Source of the DNA: Gracilinanus agilis
Lineage: Eukaryota
Direction of reading: 5' to 3'
Length of the DNA: 64,000 nucleotides
Assembly (NCBI RefSeq): GCF_016433145.1
Contig: NC_058134.1
Location: forward strand, 215,265,475-215,329,474
The position numbers were made by a program, and so were the translations under genes. Each line of letters begins with the position of its first letter. Position 1 is the first letter of the stretch. Below, in pieces: positions 39,480-51,249 of the stretch. Under the pieces are notes generated by a model. It was not told the DNA's origin. It saw only the letters and a list, made by a program, of their open reading frames with translations, and did no database searches.

Positions 39480-40830
39480 GTGGGGGCTTTCTAAAGCGAA
39501 CAAACAAGCAGCCCTGATTAGCTGGCTTCAGGTAAGAGAATCCCAGGGCAGGCGAGGGGGTAGTGGAGGCTGTGGAGTGCATGCCTGCGGCCCCCAGAGG
39601 TTCCAGGTGGCCCAGCTCGGAGGTCCAGAAGCCAACCTAGGGGAAAACCGGGGAAGCAGCGATTCTGGCTGGCAGACTCCCCGAGAGAAGGAGCAGGACG
39701 CGAGCTGCGGGAGCAAGCACACAGCAGGCGCTTAATCCGTGCTTTTCTCTCCCTCTCCCCACCCCCCACCTCGGCGCACACAGAAAGCACTTAATCATTG
39801 CCCGCCCATGGCCGGACTTTTACCTACCCGAGCTCCTCAGCGCATTGTGGCCGGGCTCAAACAAGGCGGCCACGCTCCCCGCGCAGGAAGGCCCGGCCCT
39901 TGTCCAGCTGCCTCTGCACTGCCTCCGGGCCAACACCGGGAGGCAGCGGGCGGCGGAACTCACGGCGCACCGCCTCCACGTAGAAGTCACGGTCGGTGTA
40001 GCGCAGCCCGCGGGCCCGGCGCAGCAGGGCCCGGTACAAACCCAGTACCGCGCCGCGGCCGGGCTCGGCCATGAGGGTCCGGGGGGCCGGAGCCGCGCCT
40101 TAGCAAGCCGTCAGCGAGATGGGGAATAGGGCCGGAGTGGGGACGGGAAAGTAACCTCACAGGCCCGCTGCCTCTTCCTCCATGCCGCGGTCACCGGGCA
40201 ACATGGCTGATTTGCTTCCGGGGCAGGACCTCTGTTGAGGAGGATGGGGAACGTGCAGAGGACGAGAAATGGCCTTTGGGGGAGGGACTTCCTGTACTAG
40301 AGGCTACGCCTTCGGGAGACACTCCAGCTCGCTCGTTTGCAACCTTTCTTTCCCTCTAAGCCTCGACCGGAACGGAGTCGTTGGCTGTGGGCGGGGCTTC
40401 GTCTCCTGAATCCTCGATCTTTGAAGACAAGAATATGGGCGGAGCGGCATCACCTCCACTCAGCCCTCCTATTCCCCGTAGGCCCCTCCCTGAGAGGTGC
40501 CGTAAGTGGGTGGAGCTACACCTTACCCTTCACCTCCCCGAGCTCCGCCCGACAAGCTCCCCTCCTTAAACGCCCGGAGGAATGGGGTGGGGCTATGCGG
40601 CTCTCGCTCTATCTGTCGTTTCCTCCAGACACCGCCCCTAACCGTTACGTTGAGAGATGGAGCAGCCCTTTCCTCTCTCTCCCGTCCTATTCCGGTTGGA
40701 CCCCGCCTCCTCGGAGTTACTCGACATATCCTCTTCTTACAACCCTGCGTCCCCTTATCCTTCTGGGACGCGAGAGTAGGAGGGCCCACGCTACAGAGAA
40801 GCAAATGCTCCGGGAATAAATAATCCGAAG
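39480..40830. promoter_or_regulatory. MIEF1 CpG island / promoter
   Basis: High CpG density. On the - strand, CCGGAAG (ETS) at ~40214-40220 sits next to the YY1-like GCCATGTT at 40200-40207. GC boxes at ~40437 and ~40543. Confidence 0.8.
39857..40072 (-). CDS. MIEF1 upstream-ORF microprotein (AltMiD51 / MIEF1-MP / L0R8F8 orthologue), LYR-motif family, 71 aa
   Basis: [41 protein letters not shown]...[18 protein letters not shown] aligns with recalled human [41 protein letters not shown]...RQLEKGLVFLNGKLGRII. It lies on the MIEF1 strand in the leader, followed by a splice donor at 39823-39827. Confidence 0.95.
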   Translation of the reverse strand: [71 protein letters not shown]

Positions 40831-41014
40831 TAGTCTTTAACTAGATGGGTGACTCTTGGCAAGTCACTTCATTTCAGCCTCAGTTTCTTGATCTGTAAAA
40901 GGGGTATGATAACAGCACCTCTCTCCTGGGCTTGATGGGAGGTTCAAATGACATGACATCCGCTAGGTGCTTTGCAAGCCTTAAAGTGCAGTATAAATGC
41001 TAGATATTATTATT

Positions 41015-41275
41015 ATTAATAATGTTGTTCAGTTGTTTCAGCCATGTCTGACTCTTCATGACCAGATTTGGGGTCTTCCTGGCAAGGATACTGGAATGAT
41101 TTGCCATTTCTATCTCCAGCGTTTTATAAATGAGAAAACTGAGGCATACAGGGTTAAGTGCCCAGCCCAGGATCACACAGCTAAGCATCTGAAGCCAAAT
41201 CTGAATTCAGGAAGAGGAGTCTTCCTAACTCCAGGCTCACCCTCTATCCGCTATAACACATAGCTGTCCAATTAT
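41015..41275 (-). mobile_element. MAR1/MIR-like SINE sequence
   Basis: Reverse-complement RTE tail (TTGTTCAGTTGTTTCAGCCATGTCTGACTCTTCATGACC) and a MIR core. Confidence 0.7.
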
Positions 41276-41324
41276 TAATAATACCAATATTCATTATGCT
41301 AATATATAATACTAATATTAATTC

Positions 41325-41565
41325 AGGGGTAAAATTAGGTAACATAGTAGATAGAATGCCAGACCTAGAATCCAGAAGACTTGAGTTCAAATTTGACTTC
41401 AGCTATTTACTAGCTGTGGGCAAATCACTACTTAACACAGTTTTACCTGTTTCATTATCCATAAAATAAGACTGGAAAAGGAAATGGTACGCCACTCCAG
41501 TATCTTTGCCAGGAAAACTCCAAATGTGGTCATGAAGAGTCGAACACAATTGAAAACAACAAAAC
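41325..41565 (+). mobile_element. MAR1-like CORE-SINE
   Basis: Core plus the GGAAAAGGAAATGG...CCACTCCAGTATCTTTGCC...GAAGAGTCGAACAC tail. Confidence 0.75.
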
Positions 41566-42565
41566 TAGAATACCAATGTTAATTAGTTTTAATACTAAAA
41601 AATTCCCAAAACTCCAAGCTAGGGGGGCTTTGAGCACATTCCTCACCTGGGAGCCCCCTTGGCAATGGCACCAAGCTGGGAGAGGGACAGTTTCATGTGA
41701 GAAATAGCCATCAGACAACAGGAAGGGAGGATTCATGAAGAAAGGTGATAATGAAGTAGAGTTAGGAGTATGAGAAATAGTTTGACCCTTACTCTATTTT
41801 AGTAGACCCCTGCCTGTCCTAAATAATAATATTACCCCTATGATTAGTTCTAATCAGTATTATCTAGTTTAATATGATTCCATAGGAAAGGTAATTATTA
41901 ATAGGCAATAATCAGAAGTAACTAGGTATAGGTTATAGTTGAGTAGGTTGTTTCCTATAAGAATCTTTCCTCTCATGTTAAACATTAATTTGTCAACATA
42001 GCATGGAGGGGGCCTCTACCCACATGCCACAAGCTTTAGTTAAAAGTCCCCAGACATTTTAAGAGTCTCTTCACCCACTTCATTCACCATGACCCATACC
42101 ATGCAGGCCTGGGCAAGAGACTTTACTGAATCAGTGAATCATATCATTTTAGTGCCCGTTACTAAGGTGCCCAGGGCCTGGTGCTAAGAGTGGGTGTCTT
42201 GAGGATGGAGAGGCCGATGAGTTGGTTGCTATGTGTCCATCTTATTGTCTGGTAGCAGTGTGACTTAGAGGCATACAAAGAGTTTCGAGTCTACCAATGA
42301 GATATTGTGCTGATGCCTGGAGGATGGGGCTGGGCACTCTGGAGAAGGTGGGGGTCTCAGTAGGTGAGGAAGGTCTGGGATCCTATTTGTTAGAGGATGT
42401 GAGTTCCTCTAATAAAGTTATTGGCTCAGAGCTCTGCCTCAGTTGTTTTAGTTTAGACTGGACAAATTTCTGGTGTTACAGAAGCCAGACATGGGGGCTG
42501 GGGGGAATCTTCATTGCAAAGCTGAGAGCTAAGGATGTTGTATTTGATCCTGGAAGTGAGAGAGA

Positions 42566-44390
42566 GACCTCAAAAATTTTTGAATGTTGAACCATCCTTG
42601 CATTCCTGGTGTAAATCCCACCTGATCATGGTGGATGACCTTCTTAATTACTTGCTGGAGTCTCTTTGCTAATATTCTATTTAAGATTTTTGTATCTATG
42701 TTCATTAGGGAGATTGGTCTGTAGTTTTCTTTCTCTGTTTTTGGTCTACCTGGCTTTGGAATCAGTACCATATTTGTGTCATAAAAGGAATTTGGTAGGA
42801 CTCCTTCTTTGCTTATCATATCAAATAATTTGTATAGTATTGGGATTAGTTGCTCTTTGAATGTCTGATAGAATTCACTTGTGAATCCATCAGGTCCTGG
42901 TGATTTTTTCTTAGGGAGTTCTTTAATGGCTTGTTCAATTTCTATTTCTGATATGGGATTATTTAGGTATTCTATTTCTTCTGCTGTTAATCTAGGCAAT
43001 TTATATTTTTGTAAATATTCATCCATATCTCCTAAATTGTTATATTTGTTGCCATATAATTGGGCGAAATAGTTCTTAATGATTGCCTTAATTTCCCCTT
43101 CATTATAGGTGAAGTCTCCCTTTTCATCTCTAATACTGTCAATTTGGCTTTCTTCTTTCCTTTTTCTTATTAGATTGACTAGTACTTTGTCTATTTTATC
43201 TGTTTTTTCAAAATACCAGCTTCTAGTCTTATTTATTAATTCAATAGTTCTTTTACTTTCGATTTTATTAATTTCTCCCTTAATTTTTAGTATTTCTAAT
43301 TTAGTTTTCATCTGGGGGTTTTTTATTTGCTCGCTTTCTAATTTTTTGAGTTGCATGCCCAATTCATTAATCTCTGCCCTCCTTAATTTGTTAATATATG
43401 CACTCAAGGATATAAATTTCCCCCTGAGTACTGCCTTGGCTGCATCCCACATAGTTTGGTAGGATGTCTCATCATTGTCATTCTCTTCAATGTAATTGTT
43501 GATTGTTTCTATGATTTCTTCTTTGACAATTTGGTTTTGGAGAATCATATTATTTAAATTCCAATTGGTTTTTGATTTGCCTGTCCAGGTGCCCTTACTG
43601 ATTATTATTTTTATCGCATTATGATCTGAGAAGGTTACATTTATTATATCTGCTCTTTTGCATTTGTTTGCCATGATTCTATGCCCTATTACATGGTCAA
43701 TCTTTGTAGATGTACCATGTGCAGCTGAAAAGAAGGTGTATTCCTTTTTGTCCCTATTCATTTTTCTCCACATATCAATTAAATCTAATTTTTCTAGGAC
43801 TTCATTCATCTCTCTTACCTCTTTCTTATTTATTTTTTGGTTTGATTTATCTAGATCTGAAAGAGGAATATTTAGATCTCCCACTATTATGGTTTTACTA
43901 TCTATTTCCTTCTTGAGCTCTGCCAGTTTCTCCTTTATGAATTTGGATGCTATACCACTTGGTGCATATATATTGAGCAGTGTTATTTCCTCATTGTTTA
44001 TACTGCCTTTAATCAGGATGTAATGACCTTCCCTGTCTTTTTTAATCATATCTATTTTTACTTTGGCTTTGTCAGAGATCACGATAGCCACTCCTGCCTT
44101 CTTTTTCTCATTTGATGCTCAAAAGATTTTGCTCATACCCTTAACCTTGAACTTGTGTGTGTCTACCCGCCTCATATGTGTTTCTTGTAGACAACCTATG
44201 GTAGGATTTTGGTTTCTGATCCACTCTGCTATTTGCTTCCGTTTTATGAGCGAGTTCATCCCGTTCACATTCAGAGTTACAATTGTTAGTTGTGTATTCA
44301 CTGACATTTTTGTATCTTCCCCTAGACCCACTCCTTCTTATTACACTATTTTCTTTTACACCAGTGGTTTGCTTTGAGCCAGTATCCCTT
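42566..44390 (-). mobile_element. L1 internal fragment: ORF2 endonuclease, Z-domain and start of RT
   Basis: ORF2 from ~44307 ([56 protein letters not shown]). One in-frame TGA at 44119-44121. Ends abruptly after QGWFNI. Confidence 0.95.
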
Positions 44391-44429
44391 ATTAAACCCT
44401 AACCCTGTTAAATCTCATTTTATTAGCTT

Positions 44430-44880
44430 CTGCCCAGTGTTCAAACCAGCCCACAGTTCTGTGATCCAGTGTCCTAGTGATCCTGATTGGCTTTAAGCCA
44501 TCAAAAATTTGACAAACATGTCATCTTTGCCTTCAAGCAAATCACCAGTAGAAATTATGTGCAAACCAGGGTCAAAGGCAGAGTCCTGCACCATTCTACT
44601 AGAGACCTCTCCCTCCAAACTGACAGTGATTCATTAATCACTCTTCTTTGGATCAGGTTATCCAAAAAATTTTTAATCTACCCAACTGTGCTATCATTCA
44701 ACTCAATTCAATTTACATTTATTAAATGGCCACTGTGTTCAAGGTCCTTTGCAGCCAGCCCACATCTCTCTATCTTATCTTCAAAGATATTACAAGAAAT
44801 AAATTTTGTGAAATGTTTTACTAAAACCCAGATATACTATGCCATACTATACTATGGTATTCCTCTGATCCAACAAGGAT
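44430..44880 (-). mobile_element. CR1/L3 LINE fragment
   Basis: CAGGGTCAAAGGCAGAGTCCTGCACC...CTAGAGACCTCTCCCTCC resembles antisense L3 RT sequence. Confidence 0.55.
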
Positions 44881-44884
44881 AAAG

Positions 44885-45112
44885 AGATAGCTAGGTGGTT
44901 CAGTAGATAGAGCACTAGGCCTGGAGTCAGGAAGACCGCAGTTTAAATTTAGCTTCAGACACTGAGCCATGTGACCTTGGGCAAGTCATTTAATCTCTGT
45001 TCACCTTAATTCACTGGAGAAAGAAATGGCAAAACTAGTCCAGTATCTTTGCCAAGAAACCCCCAGTACAGTCATGAAGAGTTGAAGAATTAGACAGGAC
45101 TGAAACACAACA
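44885..45112 (+). mobile_element. MAR1-like CORE-SINE
   Basis: tRNA-derived head, core, and CTGGAGAAAGAAATGGCAAAAC...CAGTATCTTTGCCAAGAAAC tail. Confidence 0.75.
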
Positions 45113-45589
45113 AAAGAGGATGGTAACTGACCAATAAAAAATGAGGTTAGCCTTAATGGATCCTTGCTATCTCTCAGTAATCATTACTTCCCTTTAAAAT
45201 GATTTACAAACCATTATTTCAGAACCCAAATTAGTACAAACACATTAGATGCACGTCCTGCCTTCAGAGAGCATCCATCTAAGCTTGGGGAGGAGACTAG
45301 GAGGATTAAAAACTTCTAAGAAAGTCCCAGAGGCCAGGGTTATAAATGTTCCAAAGGATGTTGGATGGGAATGAGGGGCGAGGTAGAGGTCTGGGTTGAG
45401 GAGGCAGAAGGAGCCTAAATTATTTCTCTTCCCTTTAGCTTAGAGGGCAATCAGAGATGGAGAACTCTAGAATTGGACTAGGTGATCTCAAAGAACCTGG
45501 AGAGTCCCCAGAGGAAAGCCCCCCAGATGATAGAGCAAGACCATGCTCTTTGAGGAATAACTGAAGGATTGGGTTGAGCCCAGAAGAGT

Positions 45590-45905
45590 TGGGTGGGGGG
45601 AGTTTATGGAGAGAACATGGCAACTAATGTAGGGTTGTCCCATGGAAGAAGAATTAGCATTGTTCTGCTTGGACCCAAAAGGCATAATGAAAGACAATGG
45701 ATGGATGGTGAAAAGGAACAGATTTCAGCTCCACTGAATATTAGAACAATCTAATAATGAAATGGGCCACCTCAGACATTGAGAATCCCTAAATATGAGC
45801 TTCAAATAACACTGGCTAGAGAGGCTATAGTGGAGATCTTTGTTCAGGTACAGGCCAACTCTGATGGCCTCTGAGACCCCTTTCAGCTTGAAGTTTCTGG
45901 GATTC
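45590..45905 (+). mobile_element. CR1/L3-like 3' end
   Basis: TTGTTCTGCTTGGACCCAAAAGGCA...CAGATTTCAGCTC pattern. Confidence 0.5.
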
Positions 45906-46575
45906 TAGAACATCATATTACATGATGATAAAAGTTTTTTGGGGCCCATGATGAGTGTGCTAGACTATACAATATACAGTAAAGTAGCACGTTCCATGAA
46001 ATTTAGACCTAGCTGTCACCAAATTGGCCTGTTCATCAAGCATTCCCACCCACTCTTTCCTCCAGGCCCACATTCCACACATTTGGTCAGATCTTCTATA
46101 TCCTGCAACATCCACACAGCCATCTGGTGTATACAATCCTTAAGGGGTAGAAAGGGGAGGAATGGGAAACATTGGAATGAAGGCTAGCCAGGAACAGATA
46201 GCTCTGGGCCACCTCTCTAAAGAAGGGAAAATAAGATGTGATAAATTTGAAGACCACATGGGAATATGGAAAGATTATTGACTCACAGATATAGAAGTGG
46301 ACCTCAGTGGTCATTAATCTTCTTACTTGACAGATGAGGAAACTGAGCTCAGAGAATTTAAGTTGCCTAGGATTACCCAATTCACTAAACTATGCCATCC
46401 ATCTCTGAGATGGTGATGCCAAAGGAAGAAACTAGTCAGAACAGCAAGATCCTCTCAAAATCACTATGTTCTCTCCCTTCTCAAATTTTTCCCATAGTTC
46501 CTTGCCTGGATTTCTCCTTTGCCTGCTTCGCCCCCAAATTTTTGTCATCCTTATCCAGTTGATGTCACATTTTTT

Positions 46576-47513
46576 TCCTCCTTTTTTTTTTTTAATTTAG
46601 AATATTTTCCCACAGTTACATGATTCATGATCCTCTTTCCCCCCTACTCTTTCCTCCCCCCCTCCCAAATCCAATAAGCAGTTCCACTGGGTTATACTTG
46701 TATCATTGTTCAAAGCCTATTTCCGTGTTATTCATATCTGCAGTAGAGCTATCCTTTAACTCCATTCATATCCCTATTGCATTATGTGATCAATCACATA
46801 TTTTTCTTATGTATTTCCATTTCCACAGTTCCTTCTCTGGATGTGGACAGCGTTCTTTCTCCTAAGTCCTTCAGAATTGTCCTGGATCATTGCATTGCTG
46901 TTAGTAGAAAAGTCCATTACATTCGATTGTGCCACAGTGTATCTGTCTCTGTGTACAATGTTCTCCTGGTTCTGTTCCTTTCACTCTGCATAAATTCCTG
47001 GTTCACATGGAATTCCTCCAGTTTATTATTCCTTTGAGCGCAATAGTATTCCATCACCAGCATATACCACAATTTGTTCAGCCATTCCCCAATTGAAGGG
47101 TATCCCCTCATTTTCCAATTTTTTGCCACCACAAAAAGCATGGCTATAAATATTTTTGTACCAGTTTTTTTCCTTATCTCTTTGGGGTACAAACCCAGCA
47201 GTGGTGTGGCTAGATCAAAGGGTAGGCATTCATTTAAAGGCCTTTGTGCATAGCCCCAAATTGCCCTCCAGAATGGTTGGACCAATTCACAACTCCACCA
47301 GCAGTGTATTAGAGTTCCAGTTTTGCCACATCCCCCCAACACTTATCACTTTCCTTTGCTGCCATATTGGCCAGTCTGCTAGGTGTAAGGTGATACCTCA
47401 TAATTGTTTTAATTTGCATTTCTCTAATCAGGAAGAATTTAGAACACTTTTTCATGTGCTTATTGATAGTTTTGATTTCATCATGTGAAAACTGTCTATT
47501 CATGTCCCTTGCC
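46576..47513 (-). mobile_element. 5'-truncated L1 insertion with a ~14-bp TSD
   Basis: CGKTGTLIHCWW...PFDLATPLLGLYPK (ORF2 C-terminus), 3'UTR and poly(T). TSD ATGTCACAT(T/G)TTTT at 46562-46575 and 47514-47527. Confidence 0.92.
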
Positions 47514-50429
47514 ATGTCACATGTTTTATGCTTATTGGTGTCTCCTACTCCTAGAAAGCTCTAGGAATTCTTCAATGTGTCCTCACCCTTCACCAATATA
47601 GATCTATATTCCTCTATGCCTCAGTTGACCTCTTTTATAGGACAAAAGGCATACAATCTCTCATCAGGTCAACAAAAACTAGAAAAACAGTAATAGCAAC
47701 AGAATTAAAGAGGGGTGATGTAACAGAAAAAGAGAGTCACCAGCTAGCCTCTGCTCCCTTGGACTGCTCTCCCACATCTTGCACACCTCTGCCTCTTCCT
47801 TTCCCTGGCTTCCTTCAAGATTCCAATCCTACCTTCTGTAAGTCTTCCCCATTGCCTTCCAGTTGCCAATGCCTTCTGTGATTACCTGTACATATTGTGT
47901 ATGTATCTAGTTATTTACACATGGTCTCTCTCTCCCATTGGATTTTGAGCTTCTTGAGGGTAGGGTCTATCTTTTCTCTGCACGTACCATGATGCTTGAC
48001 ACATAGTAGGAACTTAATAAACGTTTGGTGATCTACTGACAGACCAGAAGGAAACATGGAAATAAACAGGATGTTTTCTATTATTAAAAACACATATTGT
48101 AATAAGTTATAAATACTTTATGGCATTTGTAGTTCTTATGCAATCATTGTTTATTTGAACATTTATTTTGACTGATGGTTACTATGTTTCTAAATTTTTA
48201 AAAAGCATCTTGGGAGAATGTCCTATGGGAGGGTTATTTATATTTAAGCTTTTTCTAACCCAGAAAAGGGCCACTGAGTCCCTGCCTGACACTGGGGACA
48301 GGCTCAGTTACCTTTTAGGACCCTCTGACCCAGTTTCAGGGATCTGTGAAACCTGCAGTAATGGAAAACCTTCAGGTGATTCAGCTTTTAGGAATTTAGT
48401 TAGATCCAACACCAGGAAATAGCTCTCCAATCTGCACTGCCCTTCATGAAATCATGGAGTGGAGAAGGCAGGGAAGCTTCTTGTTAGCTTGTTATTTATC
48501 TTTGTTTTCTGAGAGGACCAATGACATCAAGGGGAGATGTCTTCATTTGCTCATGAATTGGTTTTTCAGTGAGGCAAAGTTGCCAAAGTCCTTAGCCTCA
48601 ACCTCTTCCAGTCATCCAAGTTCAGTAGCAAGACAGAAGTCAGCACAACTGATGATGGCCCTTGGCATCTTCTTCAATATCTGACCCAAGCTTTAAGCAC
48701 TCCACAACTGCTTTCATGGCCTTTGGAACAAATTGTTCTCATCCACCCATTCTTCCAGGGGACATTTCTTGTGTTTGGAGTTGACATCTCCCTAACTCAG
48801 CAGTGAGTTTTGAAGTCTGTTACTTATCTTCAACCTGGTTTAGCCAGCCTTCCAAGACAGTTTTACCTGGGTATAGCCCCTGTGCATGCAACAGCTTCTT
48901 AGAGCCACAGGTGAGAGGTAACTTGTGGACATGTTAGTTGGATAAGCAACCCCAAAAAGGATTTGGCAAGCGCTCATATTAGAGGTACTAGTCCTCCCTG
49001 AACACTTCATATGCCCCAAGGGCTTCAGATAGAATACTTCTGAAAAGTACTTCATGCATTAAAATTTGAAGCATGGATCACCTACCTGATCTGGAAACCC
49101 GAGTTCTCCATGATACATTATGCTTATTACTGTAAAAACATTTAAAAAATAATTTCTCCCATTTATATTGTATTTTAAGTAATTACAAACATCTTTCCTT
49201 ACCACAGTTCTCTGACATAGACCTTGAAAAGACTGGTGTCTCCATTTGACAGGTAAGAAAACTGAGGCTTAAAAAGATTAGGTAATGACTTATTATTTCT
49301 TAGGACTTTGAGCTAAAAGGCAACATAGAGGTCATGAGGTCCAATCCCCTCATTTTTTTTTACTAATGAGAAAATGGAGGCTAAGAAAGAGGAAATAATT
49401 TGCCCAAGACCACACAAAGAGGGAGAACCATAACTGAGACTGAAGCTCAGGCTTTCTGACCCCAGGGCACCACAAGAGTATGGGAGGTGTGTAGGTATTA
49501 AGGGATTCCCTCGTTCCAGCTAACTGTGACTCCATTGCAGAATCCCCTTTGTTTCTGGGATGCTGGGTCTCTCTTGGCTAAGTATGGTTTCATCTAGTGT
49601 TCCATGATGTCCTCTCCAGGACTGTCCTTCCTTGAACTTTCTTTCTATATTTCACTTTGAGCCTGGATTTGGTACTGGGAAGGGAAAGAGGAAGACCCAG
49701 ATATGTGACCTGCCCCTAGCCTCCCATGACATTGGTGGTGAAGAGGGGAAGGGAAGACTGTTCCCTTCCTCCAAACCCCAGACATGTTCTGGAAATCTAG
49801 CAGGTGCATTATATACTGAGAGAGCTAACTTCATGCAGTAAAGAGAGCACACTAATCTAGAAACCAGGACACCTGGTCATGAACTCCAGACCCTCAAGTG
49901 AACTAGCTATGTGACCTTAGGCAAATTATTTGCCTTCTCTAGTCTTTGGTTTCATCATCTGGAAAATGAGAGGGTTGAACAGTTTCTATTCTATGGTCTG
50001 ACATTACAGACCTAACATTGTTCATCCTAAAAATCCCTCCCATTCTGACAATCTACGAGAGTAAAAGAAACTCTGATTTTCATTCTCTGTAGACCCCTGC
50101 TCTACCCAGAAAGAATTTAAACTATCCTACTCCCAAACAGCATCAAAGAGCAGATAGAAAAGTATTTTCAAAGGTCCAAGCAACCAGGGAGAAATCCTAC
50201 AAAATTTTATTAGGTCCCTATTGGGAACCCCCTCTGCTCATGAGCTGTCTGACTTCAAACTAGCCTTTGATAACAGAATTTAGGAAAGACCAGTCTGACT
50301 TATGTGTTGGTTTCCAGGGAAACCAACTGAATGAATGGAGCAGCAGAGTACAAAATAAGAAATCAAAGGCACTTACCAAGCTAAGAATAAGGAGTGGAAG
50401 GGCAGAGAAAAAAGAGAATCAGGGTCCCA

Positions 50430-50950
50430 CCCAAATGTTAGTTACAGAAATTTGCAGATGCTATGATAATCTACTTAGAAAACCCTAAAGAGTCAACCAA
50501 AAATTAATTGAAACTGAGAGAGCTCCTCATATATTTATATAACTCATTGGTTATTTCCAATAAAACTCAGGAGGAAGAGCTAGGAAAATAAATTCCATTC
50601 AAAATAACTACAGAAGTCATAAAATATTAGGGAATGTATCTACCAAGATACAACCCAGGAGGTTTATGGATCCAATTATTTTAAAATACACACACATACA
50701 CACACACAGACAGAGACAGACAGACACACACACACAAAAAAAAAAAAACACACACACATACACAGAAACACAGACTTAAATAATTGAAGAAATGTTAATT
50801 GCCCATTAGTAGGTTGAGCCAATGTAATCAAAATGGCAATATTTGCTAAATTACTTATTCAGTACCTTACTAATCAAATTGCTAAAGGAATATATTATAG
50901 AGTTAGGAAGAATAATCAGGAAATTCATATGGAGAAACAAAAGATTAAGA
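50430..50950 (+). mobile_element. Old L1 ORF2 RT fragment containing a CA microsatellite
   Basis: ATTTGCAGATGCTATGATAATCTACTTAGAAAACCC (FADDMIIYLENP-like), degenerate. Confidence 0.7.
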
Positions 50951-51249
50951 ATCTTCAGGATAATGATGAAAAATAGGGAGGAGTAGACCCCAGCAAAAAA
51001 ATACATTGGGAAATTAAGTTCCTACAGGAGGAGACAGTCAGTCTGAGTTAAGGGTCTGAGAGAAGATTACACAGAGATAGTTTATAACTGCATTAGCTGT
51101 GATGACTCTTAGAGATGCAGACTGGAAAGCAAACATATTCTTAACATATTCCCAGGGAACTCCAGATACAATTATCCAAAGAGCTAGAGGTAAGTCTGAC
51201 CCTATATATTAGCTCTGTAGCTAAAAAGAATTTGTGATTGTGCATATAA

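Noticed and set aside
40337-40823. 160-aa + strand ORF and a GTAAGT donor at 40502 suggesting a divergent gene
   Set aside because: GC-rich CpG-island ORF with no recognisable homology and a weak exonic donor context. At most a divergent non-coding transcript.
42300-42540. Faint resemblance of EPITLLEELT to the end of a SCAN domain
   Set aside because: Too short, and the rest of the SCAN motif is absent.
43109-44377. Several 100-120-aa + strand hydrophobic ORFs
   Set aside because: Antisense of the A-rich L1 ORF2.
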